Of a stretch of 64,000 nt of DNA, positions 39,347 through 51,982 are shown piece after piece. Under the pieces are notes generated by a model that was not told where the DNA came from, did not search any database, and saw only the letters and a program-made list of their open reading frames with translations. This stretch comes from Auanema rhodensis (Eukaryota; Animalia; Nematoda). Location: positions 21,576,001-21,640,000 of the forward strand of contig OZ059894.1 in assembly GCA_964057225.1 (NCBI GenBank). The letters are read 5' to 3'. How positions within the stretch are numbered: position 1 is the stretch's first letter; the number at the start of each line of letters is the position of its first letter. Both the position numbers and the translations under genes were made by a program.

Positions 39347-42300
39347 TATCAGATTTGCGCTAGCTTAAAAATGCACCGAGATATCAACTGATATAAGTTC
39401 ACACTTATATCCTCGATTTTCACCATGAAGAATTAATTTTTTCGTTGAATAACATTGTCCATCGTCTTTGCCTTGAAAAAAGGAATCTAAAAACATCTAC
39501 TTTTTGCTGAATTATTTTGAAATTTTTCGAAAAAATTTTTGTCAAAATGTTTTTGGAAGCAATGTTGAGTGTACATGGAAACTCAACATACACTAATGCA
39601 TCATTTTTCAAACGATCATAACTAATTTTTGTATCAAACGTTTCTCAATGTAGTATTGTGCATTCGATGCGGATTTTTAAGCTGCGTCGATCTGTGTTAT
39701 CAGATTTGCGCTAGCTTAAAAATGCACCGAGATATCAACTGATATAAGTTCACACTTATATCCTCGATTTTCACCCTGAAGAATTAATTTTTTCGTTGAA
39801 TAACATTGTCCATCGTCTTTGCCTTAAAAAAAGGAATCTAAAAACATCTACTTTTTGCTAAATTATTTTGAAATTTTTCGAAAAAATTTTTGTCAAAATG
39901 TTTTTGGAAGCAATGTTGAGTGTACATGGAAACTCAACATACACTAATGCATCATTTTTCAAACGATCATAACTAATTTTTGTATCAAACGTTTCTCAAT
40001 GTAGTATAGTGCATTCGATGCGGATTTTTAAGCTGCGTCGATCTGTGTTATCAGATTTGCGCTAGCTTAAAAATGCACCGAGATATCAACTGATATAAGT
40101 TCACACTTATATCCTCGATTTTCACCCTGAAGAATTAATTTTTTCGTTGAATAACATTGTCCATCGTCTTTGCCTTGAAAAAAGGAATCTAAAAACATCT
40201 ACTTTTTGCTGAATTATTTTGAAATTTTTCGAAAAAATTTTTGTCAAAATGTTTTTGGAAGCAATGTTGAGTGTACATGGAAACTCAACATACACTAATG
40301 CATCATTTTTCAAACGATCATAACTAATTTTTGTATCAAACGTTTCTCAATGTAGTATAGTGCATTCGATGCGGATTTTTAAGCTGCGTCGATCTGTGTT
40401 ATCAGATTTGCGCTAGCTTAAAAATGCACCGAGATATCAACTGATATAAGTTCACACTTATATCCTCGATTTTCACCCTGAAGAATTAATTTTTTCGTTG
40501 AATAACATTGTCCATCGTCTTTGCCTTGAAAAAAGGAATCTAAAAACATCTACTTTTTGCTGAATTATTTTGAAATTTTTCGAAAAAATTTTTGTCAAAA
40601 TGTTTTTGGAAGCAATGTTGAGTGTACATGGAAACTCAACATACACTAATGCATCATTTTTCAAACGATCATAACTTATTTTTGTATTAAGCGTTTCTCA
40701 ATGTAGTATAGTGCATTCGTTGCGGATTTTTAAGCTGCGTCGATCTGTGTTATCAGATTTGCGCTAGCTTAAAAATGCACCGAGATATCAACTGATATAA
40801 GTTCACACTTATATCCTCGATTTTCACCCTGAAGAATTAATTTTTTCGTTGAATAACATTGTCCATCGTCTTTGCCTTGAAAAAAGGAATCTAAAAACAT
40901 CTACTTTTTGCTAAATTATTTTGAAATTTTTCGAAAAAATTTTTGTCAAAATGTTTTTGGAAGCAATGTTGAGTGTACATGGAAACTCAACATACACTAA
41001 TGCATCATTTTTCAAACGATCATAACTTATTTTTGTATTAAGCGTTTCTCAATGTAGTATAGTGCATTCGATGCGGATTTTTAAGCTGCGTCGATCTGTG
41101 TTATCAGATTTGCGCTAGCTTAAAAATGCACCGAGATATCAACTGATATAAGTTCACACTTATATCCTCGATTTTCACCCTGAAGAATTAATTTTTTCGT
41201 TGAATAACATTGTCCATCGTCTTTGCCTTGAAAAAAGGAATCTAAAAACATCTACTTTTTGCTAAATTATTTTGAAATTTTTCGAAAAAATTTTTGTCAA
41301 AATGTTTTTGGAAGCAATGTTGAGTGTACATGGAAACTCAACATACACTAATGCATCATTTTTCAAACGATCATAACTAATTTTTGTATTAAGCGTTTCT
41401 CAATGTAGTATAGTGCATTCGTTGCGGATTTTTAAGCTGCGTCGATCTGTGTTATCAGATTTGCGCTAGCTTAAAAATGCACCGAGATATCAACTGATAT
41501 AAGTTCACACAAATATCCTCGATTTTCACCCTGAAGAATCAATTTTTTCGTTGAATAACATTGTCCATCGTCTTTGCCTTGAAAAAAGGAATCTAAAAAC
41601 ATCTACTTTTTGCTGAATTATTTTGAAATTTTTCGAAAAAATTTTTGTCAAAATGTTTTTGGAAGCAATGTTGAGTGTACATGGAAACTCAACACACACT
41701 AATGCATCATTTTTCAAACGATCATAACTAATTTGTGTATTAAGCGTTTCTCAATGTAGTATAGTGCATTCGATGCGGATTTTTAAGCTGCGTCGATCTG
41801 TGTTATCAGATTTGCGCTAGCTTAAAAATGCACCGAGATATCAACTGATATAAGTTTACACTTATATCCTCGATTTTCACCCTGAAGAATTAATTTTTTC
41901 GTTGAATAACATTGTCCATCGTCTTTGCCTTAAAAAATGGAATCTAAAAACATCTACTTTTTGCTAAATTATTTTGAAATTTTTCGAAAAAATTTTTGTC
42001 AAAATGTTTTTGGAAGCAATGTTGAGTGTACATGGAAACTCAACACACACTAATGCATCATTTTTCAAACGATCATAACTAATTTGTGTATTAAGCGTTT
42101 CTCAATGTAGTATAGTGCATTCAATGCGGATTTTTAAGCTGCGTCGATCTGTGTTATCAGATTTGCGCTAGCTTAAAAATGCACCGAGATATCAACTGAT
42201 ATAAGTTCACACTTATATCCTCGATTTTCACCCTGAAGAATTAATTTTTTCGTTGAATAACATTGTCCATCGTCTTTGCCTTAAAAACAGGAATCTAAAA

Positions 42301-42856
42301 ACATCTACTTTTTGCTAAATTATTATGAAATTTTTCGAAAAAATTTTTGTCAAAATGTTTTTGGAAGCAATGTTGAGTGTACATGGAAACTCAACATACA
42401 CTAATGCATCATTTTTCAAACGATCATAACTAATTTTTGTATCAAACGTTTCTCAATGTAGTATAGTGCATTCGATGCGGATTTTTAAGCTGCGTCGATC
42501 TGTGTTATCAGATTTGCGCTAGCTTAAAAATGCACCGAGATATCAACTGATATAAGTTCACACTTATATCCTCGATTTTCACCCTGAAGAATTAATTTTT
42601 TCGTTGAATAACATTGTCCATCGTCTTCGCCTTGAAAAAAGAAATCTAAAAACATCTACTTTTTCCTAAATTATTTTGAAATTTTTCGAAAAAATTTTTG
42701 TCAAAATGTTTTTGGAAGCAATGTTGAGTGTACATGGAAACTCAACATACACTAATGCATCATTTTTCAAACGATCATAACTAATTTTTGTATTAAGCGT
42801 TTCTCAATGTAGTATAGTGCATTCGATGCGGATTTTTGAGCTGCGTCGATCTGTGT

Positions 42857-44962
42857 TATCAGATTTGCGCTAGCTTTAAAATGCACCGAGATATCAACTG
42901 ATATAAGTTCACACTTATATCCTCGATTTTCACCCTGAAGAATTAATTTTTTCGTTGAATAACATTGTCCATCGTCTTTGCCTTGAAAAAAGGAATCTAA
43001 AAACATTTACTTTTTCCTAAATTATTTTGAAATTTTTCGAAAAAATTTTTGTCAAAATGTTTTTGGAAGCAATGTTGAGTGTACATGGAAACTCAACATA
43101 CACTAATGCATCATTTTTCAAACGATCATAACTAATTTTTGTATTAAGCGTTTCTCAATGTAGTATAGTGCATTCGATGCGGATTTTTAAGCTGCGTCGA
43201 TCTGTGTTATCAGATTTGCGCTAGCTTAAAAATGCACCGATATATCATCTGATATAAGTTCACACTTATATCCTCGATTTTCACCCTGAAGAATTAATTT
43301 TTTCGTTGAATAATATTGTCCATCGTCTTTGCCTTGAAAAATGGAATCTAAAAACATCTACTTTTTGCTGAATTATCTTGAAATTTTTCGAAAAAATTTT
43401 TGTCAAAATGTTTTTGGAAGCAATGTTGAGTGTACATGGAAACTCAACATACACTAATGCATCATTTTTCAAACGATCATAACTAATTTTTGTATCAAAC
43501 GTTTCTCAATGTAGTATAGTGCATTCGATGCGGATTTTTGAGCTGCGTCGATCTGTGTTATCAGATTTGCGCTAGCTTTAAAATGCACCGAGATATCAAC
43601 TGATATAAGTTCACACTTATATCCTCGATTTTCACCCTGAAGAATTAATTTTTTCGTTGAATAACATTGTCCATCGTCTTTGCCTTGAAAAAAGGAATCT
43701 AAAAACATTTACTTTTTCCTAAATTATTTTGAAATTTTTCGAAAAAATTTTTGTCAAAATGTTTTTGGAAGCAATGTTGAGTGTACATGGAAACTCAACA
43801 TACACTAATGCATCATTTTTCAAACGATCATAACTAATTTTTGTATTAAGCGTTTCTCAATGTAGTATAGTGCATTCGATGCGGATTTTTAAGCTGCGTC
43901 GATCTGTGTTATCAGATTTGCGCTAGCTTAAAAATGCACCGATATATCATCTGATATAAGTTCACACTTATATCCTCGATTTTCACCCTGAAGAATTAAT
44001 TTTTTCGTTGAATAATATTGTCCATCGTCTTTGCCTTGAAAAATGGAATCTAAAAACATCTACTTTTTGCTGAATTATCTTGAAATTTTTCGAAAAAATT
44101 TTTGTCAAAATGTTTTTGGAAGCAATGTTGAGTGTACATGGAAACTCAACATACACTAATGCATCATTTTTCAAACGATCATAACTAATTTTTGTATCAA
44201 ACGTTTCTCAATGTAGTATAGTGCATTCGATGCGGATTTTTGAGCTGCGTCGATCTGTGTTATCAGATTTGCGCTAGCTTTAAAATGCACCGAGATATCA
44301 ACTGATATAAGTTCACACTTATATCCTCGATTTTCACCCTGAAGAATTAATTTTTTCGTTGAATAACATTGTCCATCGTCTTTGCCTTGAAAAAAGGAAT
44401 CTAAAAACATTTACTTTTTCCTAAATTATTTTGAAATTTTTCGAAAAAATTTTTGTCAAAATGTTTTTGGAAGCAATGTTGAGTGTACATGGAAACTCAA
44501 CATACACTAATGCATCATTTTTCAAACGATCATAACTAATTTTTGTATTAAGCGTTTCTCAATGTAGTATAGTGCATTCGATGCGGATTTTTAAGCTGCG
44601 TCGATCTGTGTTATCAGATTTGCGCTAGCTTAAAAATGCACCGATATATCATCTGATATAAGTTCACACTTATATCCTCGATTTTCACCCTGAAGAATTA
44701 ATTTTTTCGTTGAATAATATTGTCCATCGTCTTTGCCTTGAAAAATGGAATCTAAAAACATCTACTTTTTGCTGAATTATCTTGAAATTTTTCGAAAAAA
44801 TTTTTGTCAAAATGTTTTTGGAAGCAATGTTGAGTGTACATGGAAACTCAACATACACTAATGCATCATTTTTCAAACGATCATAACTAATTTTTGTATC
44901 AAACGTTTCTCAATGTAGTATAGTGCATTCGATGCGGATTTTTGAGCTGCGTCGATCTGTGT
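42857..44962 (+). repeat. 2-mer (702 bp) higher-order repeat x3
   Basis: Monomer U (GCTTTAAA, CATTTAC, TTTCCTAA) alternates with monomer V (CCGATATATCATCT, AATATTG, TATCTTGA, TTTTGAGC). The 79-aa ORFs recur every 702 bp. Confidence 0.88.
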
Positions 44963-47900
44963 TATCAGATTTGCGCTAGCTTTAAAATGCACCGAGATAT
45001 CAACTGATATAAGTTCACACTTATATCCTCGATTTTCACCCTGAAGAATTAATTTTTTCGTTGAATAATATTGTCCATCGTCTTTGCCTTGAAAAATGGA
45101 ATCTAAAAACATCTACTTTTTGCTGAATTATCTTGAAATTTTTCGAAAAAATTTTTGTCAAAATGTTTTTGGAAGCAATGTTGAGTGTACATGGAAACTC
45201 AACATACACTAATGCATCATTTTTCAAACGATCATAACTAATTTTTGTATCAAACGTTTCTCAATGTAGTATAGTGCATTCGATGCGGATTTTTAAGCTG
45301 CGTCGATCTGTGTTATCAGATTTGCGCTAGCTTAAAAATGCACCGAGATATCAACTGATATAAGTTCACACTTATATCCTCGATTTTCACCCTGAAGAAT
45401 TAATTTTTTCGTTGAATAACATTGTCCATCGTCTTTGCCTTGAAAAAAGGAATCTAAAAACATCTACTTTTTGCTGAATTATTTTGAAATTTTTCGAAAA
45501 AATTTTTGTCAAAATGTTTTTGGAAGCAATGTTGAGTGTACATGGAAACTCAACATACACTAATGCATCATTTTTCAAACGATCATAACTTATTTTTGTA
45601 TTAAGCGTTTCTCAATGTAGTATAGTGCATTCGTTGCGGATTTTTAAGCTGCGTCGATCTGTGTTATCAGATTTGCGCTAGCTTAAAAATGCACCGAGAT
45701 ATCAACTGATATAAGTTCACACTTATATCCTCGATTTTCACCCTGAAGAATTAATTTTTTCGTTGAATAACATTGTCCATCGTCTTTGCCTTGAAAAAAG
45801 GAATCTAAAAACATCTACTTTTTGCTAAATTATTTTGAAATTTTTCGAAAAAATTTTTGTCAAAATGTTTTTGGAAGCAATGTTGAGTGTACATGGAAAC
45901 TCAACATACACTAATGCATCATTTTTCAAACGATCATAACTTATTTTTGTATTAAGCGTTTCTCAATGTAGTATAGTGCATTCGATGCGGATTTTTAAGC
46001 TGCGTCGATCTGTGTTATCAGATTTGCGCTAGCTTAAAAATGCACCGAGATATCAACTGATATAAGTTCACACTTATATCCTCGATTTTCACCCTGAAGA
46101 ATTAATTTTTTCGTTGAATAACATTGTCCATCGTCTTTGCCTTGAAAAAAGGAATCTAAAAACATCTACTTTTTGCTAAATTATTTTGAAATTTTTCGAA
46201 AAAATTTTTGTCAAAATGTTTTTGGAAGCAATGTTGAGTGTACATGGAAACTCAACATACACTAATGCATCATTTTTCAAACGATCATAACTAATTTTTG
46301 TATTAAGCGTTTCTCAATGTAGTATAGTGCATTCGTTGCGGATTTTTAAGCTGCGTCGATCTGTGTTATCAGATTTGCGCTAGCTTAAAAATGCACCGAG
46401 ATATCAACTGATATAAGTTCACACAAATATCCTCGATTTTCACCCTGAAGAATCAAGTTTTTCGTTGAATAACATTGTCCATCGTCTTTGCCTTGAAAAA
46501 AGGAATCTAAAAACATCTACTTTTTGCTGAATTATTTTGAAATTTTTCGAAAAAATTTTTGTCAAAATGTTTTTGGAAGCAATGTTGAGTGTACATGGAA
46601 ACTCAACACACACTAATGCATCATTTTTCAAACGATCATAACTAATTTGTGTATTAAGCGTTTCTCAATGTAGTATAGTGCATTCAATGCGGATTTTTAA
46701 GCTGCGTCGATCTGTGTTATCAGATTTGCGCTAGCTTAAAAATGCACCGAGATATCAACTGATATAAGTTCACACTTATATCCTCGATTTTCACCCTGAA
46801 GAATTAATTTTTTCGTTGAATAATATTGTCCATCGTCTTTGCCTTGAAAAATGGAATCTAAAAACATCTACTTTTTGCTGAATTATCTTGAAATTTTTCG
46901 AAAAAATTTTTGTCAAAATGTTTTTGGAAGCAATGTTGAGTGTACATGGAAACTCAACATACACTAATGCATCATTTTTCAAACGATCATAACTAATTTT
47001 TGTATCAAACGTTTCTCAATGTAGTATAGTGCATTCGATGCGGATTTTTAAGCTGCGTCGATCTGTGTTATCAGATTTGCGCTAGCTTAAAAATGCACCG
47101 AGATATCAACTGATATAAGTTCACACTTATATCCTCGATTTTCACCCTGAAGAATTAATTTTTTCGTTGAATAACATTGTCCATCGTCTTTGCCTTGAAA
47201 AAAGGAATCTAAAAACATCTACTTTTTGCTGAATTATTTTGAAATTTTTCGAAAAAATTTTTGTCAAAATGTTTTTGGAAGCAATGTTGAGTGTACATGG
47301 AAACTCAACATACACTAATGCATCATTTTTCAAACGATCATAACTTATTTTTGTATTAAGCGTTTCTCAATGTAGTATAGTGCATTCGTTGCGGATTTTT
47401 AAGCTGCGTCGATCTGTGTTATCAGATTTGCGCTAGCTTAAAAATGCACCGAGATATCAACTGATATAAGTTCACACTTATATCCTCGATTTTCACCCTG
47501 AAGAATTAATTTTTTCGTTGAATAACATTGTCCATCGTCTTTGCCTTGAAAAAAGGAATCTAAAAACATCTACTTTTTGCTAAATTATTTTGAAATTTTT
47601 CGAAAAAATTTTTGTCAAAATGTTTTTGGAAGCAATGTTGAGTGTACATGGAAACTCAACATACACTAATGCATCATTTTTCAAACGATCATAACTTATT
47701 TTTGTATTAAGCGTTTCTCAATGTAGTATAGTGCATTCGATGCGGATTTTTAAGCTGCGTCGATCTGTGTTATCAGATTTGCGCTAGCTTAAAAATGCAC
47801 CGAGATATCAACTGATATAAGTTCACACTTATATCCTCGATTTTCACCCTGAAGAATTAATTTTTTCGTTGAATAACATTGTCCATCGTCTTTGCCTTGA

Positions 47901-48472
47901 AAAAAGGAATCTAAAAACATCTACTTTTTGCTAAATTATTTTGAAATTTTTCGAAAAAATTTTTGTCAAAATGTTTTTGGAAGCAATGTTGAGTGTACAT
48001 GGAAACTCAACATACACTAATGCATCATTTTTCAAACGATCATAACTAATTTTTGTATTAAGCGTTTCTCAATGTAGTATAGTGCATTCGTTGCGGATTT
48101 TTAAGCTGCGTCGATCTGTGTTATCAGATTTGCGCTAGCTTAAAAATGCACCGAGATATCAACTGATATAAGTTCACACAAATATCCTCGATTTTCACCC
48201 TGAAGAATCAAGTTTTTCGTTGAATAACATTGTCCATCGTCTTTGCCTTGAAAAAAGGAATCTAAAAACATCTACTTTTTGCTGAATTATTTTGAAATTT
48301 TTCGAAAAAATTTTTGTCAAAATGTTTTTGGAAGCAATGTTGAGTGTACATGGAAACTCAACACACACTAATGCATCATTTTTCAAACGATCATAACTAA
48401 TTTGTGTATTAAGCGTTTCTCAATGTAGTATAGTGCATTCAATGCGGATTTTTAAGCTGCGTCGATCTGTGT
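44963..48472 (+). repeat. 5-mer (1755 bp) higher-order repeat x2
   Basis: The rare allele GAATCAAGTT occurs near 46457 and 48212. ORF pairs 45036/46791, 45387/47142 and 46440/48195 are each 1755 bp apart. Confidence 0.85.
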
Positions 48473-49876
48473 TATCAGATTTGCGCTAGCTTAAAAATGC
48501 ACCGAGATATCAACTGATATAAGTTCACACAAATATCCTCGATTTTCACCCTGAAGAATCAATTTTTTCGTTGAATAACATTGTCCATCGTCTTTGCCTT
48601 GAAAAAAGGAATCTAAAAACATCTACTTTTTGCTGAATTATTTTGAAATTTTTCGAAAAAATTTTTGTCAAAATGTTTTTGGAAGCAATGTTGAGTGTAC
48701 ATGGAAACTCAACACACACTAATGCATCATTTTTCAAACGATCATAACTAATTTGTGTATTAAGCGTTTCTCAATGTAGTATAGTGCATTCGATGCGGAT
48801 TTTTAAGCTGCGTCGATCTGTGTTATCAGATTTGCGCTAGCTTAAAAATGCACCGAGATATCAACTGATATAAGTTTACACTTATATCCTCGATTTTCAC
48901 CCTGAAGAATTAATTTTTTCGTTGAATAACATTGTCCATCGTCTTTGCCTTAAAAAATGGAATCTAAAAACATCTACTTTTTGCTAAATTATTTTGAAAT
49001 TTTTCGAAAAAATTTTTGTCAAAATGTTTTTGGAAGCAATGTTGAGTGTACATGGAAACTCAACATACACTAATGCATCATTTTTCAAACGATCATAACT
49101 AATTTTTGTATCAAACGTTTCTCAATGTAGTATAGTGCATTCGATGCGGATTTTTAAGCTGCGTCGATCTGTGTTATCAGATTTGCGCTAGCTTAAAAAT
49201 GCACCGAGATATCAACTGATATAAGTTCACACTTATATCCTCGATTTTCACCCTGAAGAATTAATTTTTTCGTTGAATAACATTGTCCATCGTCTTTGCC
49301 TTGAAAAAAGGAATCTAAAAACATCTACTTTTTGCTGAATTATTTTGAAATTTTTCGAAAAAATTTTTGTCAAAATGTTTTTGGAAGCAATGTTGAGTGT
49401 ACATGGAAACTCAACATACACTAATGCATCATTTTTCAAACGATCATAACTTATTTTTGTATTAAGCGTTTCTCAATGTAGTATAGTGCATTCGTTGCGG
49501 ATTTTTAAGCTGCGTCGATCTGTGTTATCAGATTTGCGCTAGCTTAAAAATGCACCGAGATATCAACTGATATAAGTTCACACTTATATCCTCGATTTTC
49601 ACCCTGAAGAATTAATTTTTTCGTTGAATAACATTGTCCATCGTCTTTGCCTTGAAAAAAGGAATCTAAAAACATCTACTTTTTGCTAAATTATTTTGAA
49701 ATTTTTCGAAAAAATTTTTGTCAAAATGTTTTTGGAAGCAATGTTGAGTGTACATGGAAACTCAACATACACTAATGCATCATTTTTCAAACGATCATAA
49801 CTTATTTTTGTATTAAGCGTTTCTCAATGTAGTATAGTGCATTCGATGCGGATTTTTAAGCTGCGTCGATCTGTGT

Positions 49877-51982
49877 TATCAGATTTGCGCTAGCTTAAAA
49901 ATGCACCGAGATATCAACTGATATAAGTTCACACTTATATCCTCGATTTTCACCCTGAAGAATTAATTTTTTCGTTGAATAACATTGTCCATCGTCTTTG
50001 CCTTGAAAAAAGGAATCTAAAAACATCTACTTTTTGCTAAATTATTTTGAAATTTTTCGAAAAAATTTTTGTCAAAATGTTTTTGGAAGCAATGTTGAGT
50101 GTACATGGAAACTCAACATACACTAATGCATCATTTTTCAAACGATCATAACTAATTTTTGTATTAAGCGTTTCTCAATGTAGTATAGTGCATTCGTTGC
50201 GGATTTTTAAGCTGCGTCGATCTGTGTTATCAGATTTGCGCTAGCTTAAAAATGCACCGAGATATCAACTGATATAAGTTCACACAAATATCCTCGATTT
50301 TCACCCTGAAGAATCAATTTTTTCGTTGAATAACATTGTCCATCGTCTTTGCCTTGAAAAAAGGAATCTAAAAACATCTACTTTTTGCTGAATTATTTTG
50401 AAATTTTTCGAAAAAATTTTTGTCAAAATGTTTTTGGAAGCAATGTTGAGTGTACATGGAAACTCAACACACACTAATGCATCATTTTTCAAACGATCAT
50501 AACTAATTTGTGTATTAAGCGTTTCTCAATGTAGTATAGTGCATTCGATGCGGATTTTTAAGCTGCGTCGATCTGTGTTATCAGATTTGCGCTAGCTTAA
50601 AAATGCACCGAGATATCAACTGATATAAGTTCACACAAATATCCTCGATTTTCACCCTGAAGAATCAATTTTTTCGTTGAATAACATTGTCCATCGTCTT
50701 TGCCTTGAAAAAAGGAATCTAAAAACATCTACTTTTTGCTGAATTATTTTGAAATTTTTCGAAAAAATTTTTGTCAAAATGTTTTTGGAAGCAATGTTGA
50801 GTGTACATGGAAACTCAACACACACTAATGCATCATTTTTCAAACGATCATAACTAATTTGTGTATTAAGCGTTTCTCAATGTAGTATAGTGCATTCGAT
50901 GCGGATTTTTAAGCTGCGTCGATCTGTGTTATCAGATTTGCGCTAGCTTAAAAATGCACCGAGATATCAACTGATATAAGTTCACACTTATATCCTCGAT
51001 TTTCACCCTGAAGAATTAATTTTTTCGTTGAATAACATTGTCCATCGTCTTTGCCTTGAAAAAAGGAATCTAAAAACATCTACTTTTTGCTAAATTATTT
51101 TGAAATTTTTCGAAAAAATTTTTGTCAAAATGTTTTTGGAAGCAATGTTGAGTGTACATGGAAACTCAACATACACTAATGCATCATTTTTCAAACGATC
51201 ATAACTAATTTTTGTATTAAGCGTTTCTCAATGTAGTATAGTGCATTCGTTGCGGATTTTTAAGCTGCGTCGATCTGTGTTATCAGATTTGCGCTAGCTT
51301 AAAAATGCACCGAGATATCAACTGATATAAGTTCACACAAATATCCTCGATTTTCACCCTGAAGAATCAATTTTTTCGTTGAATAACATTGTCCATCGTC
51401 TTTGCCTTGAAAAAAGGAATCTAAAAACATCTACTTTTTGCTGAATTATTTTGAAATTTTTCGAAAAAATTTTTGTCAAAATGTTTTTGGAAGCAATGTT
51501 GAGTGTACATGGAAACTCAACACACACTAATGCATCATTTTTCAAACGATCATAACTAATTTGTGTATTAAGCGTTTCTCAATGTAGTATAGTGCATTCG
51601 ATGCGGATTTTTAAGCTGCGTCGATCTGTGTTATCAGATTTGCGCTAGCTTAAAAATGCACCGAGATATCAACTGATATAAGTTCACACAAATATCCTCG
51701 ATTTTCACCCTGAAGAATCAATTTTTTCGTTGAATAACATTGTCCATCGTCTTTGCCTTGAAAAAAGGAATCTAAAAACATCTACTTTTTGCTGAATTAT
51801 TTTGAAATTTTTCGAAAAAATTTTTGTCAAAATGTTTTTGGAAGCAATGTTGAGTGTACATGGAAACTCAACACACACTAATGCATCATTTTTCAAACGA
51901 TCATAACTAATTTGTGTATTAAGCGTTTCTCAATGTAGTATAGTGCATTCGATGCGGATTTTTAAGCTGCGTCGATCTGTGT
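49877..51982 (+). repeat. 3-mer higher-order repeat x2 containing a doubled monomer
   Basis: One TTCGTTGCGG monomer followed by two ACACAAATATCC monomers, at 49877 and 50930. Confidence 0.8.

Noticed and set aside
42767-45112. 79-aa minus-strand ORF (MFLDSFFQGK...) x4
   Set aside because: It exists only where two local SNPs (TTTTGAG, GCTTTAAA) remove stops in the U/V dimer. It overlaps the other ORF in a different frame and shows no sign of coding constraint.
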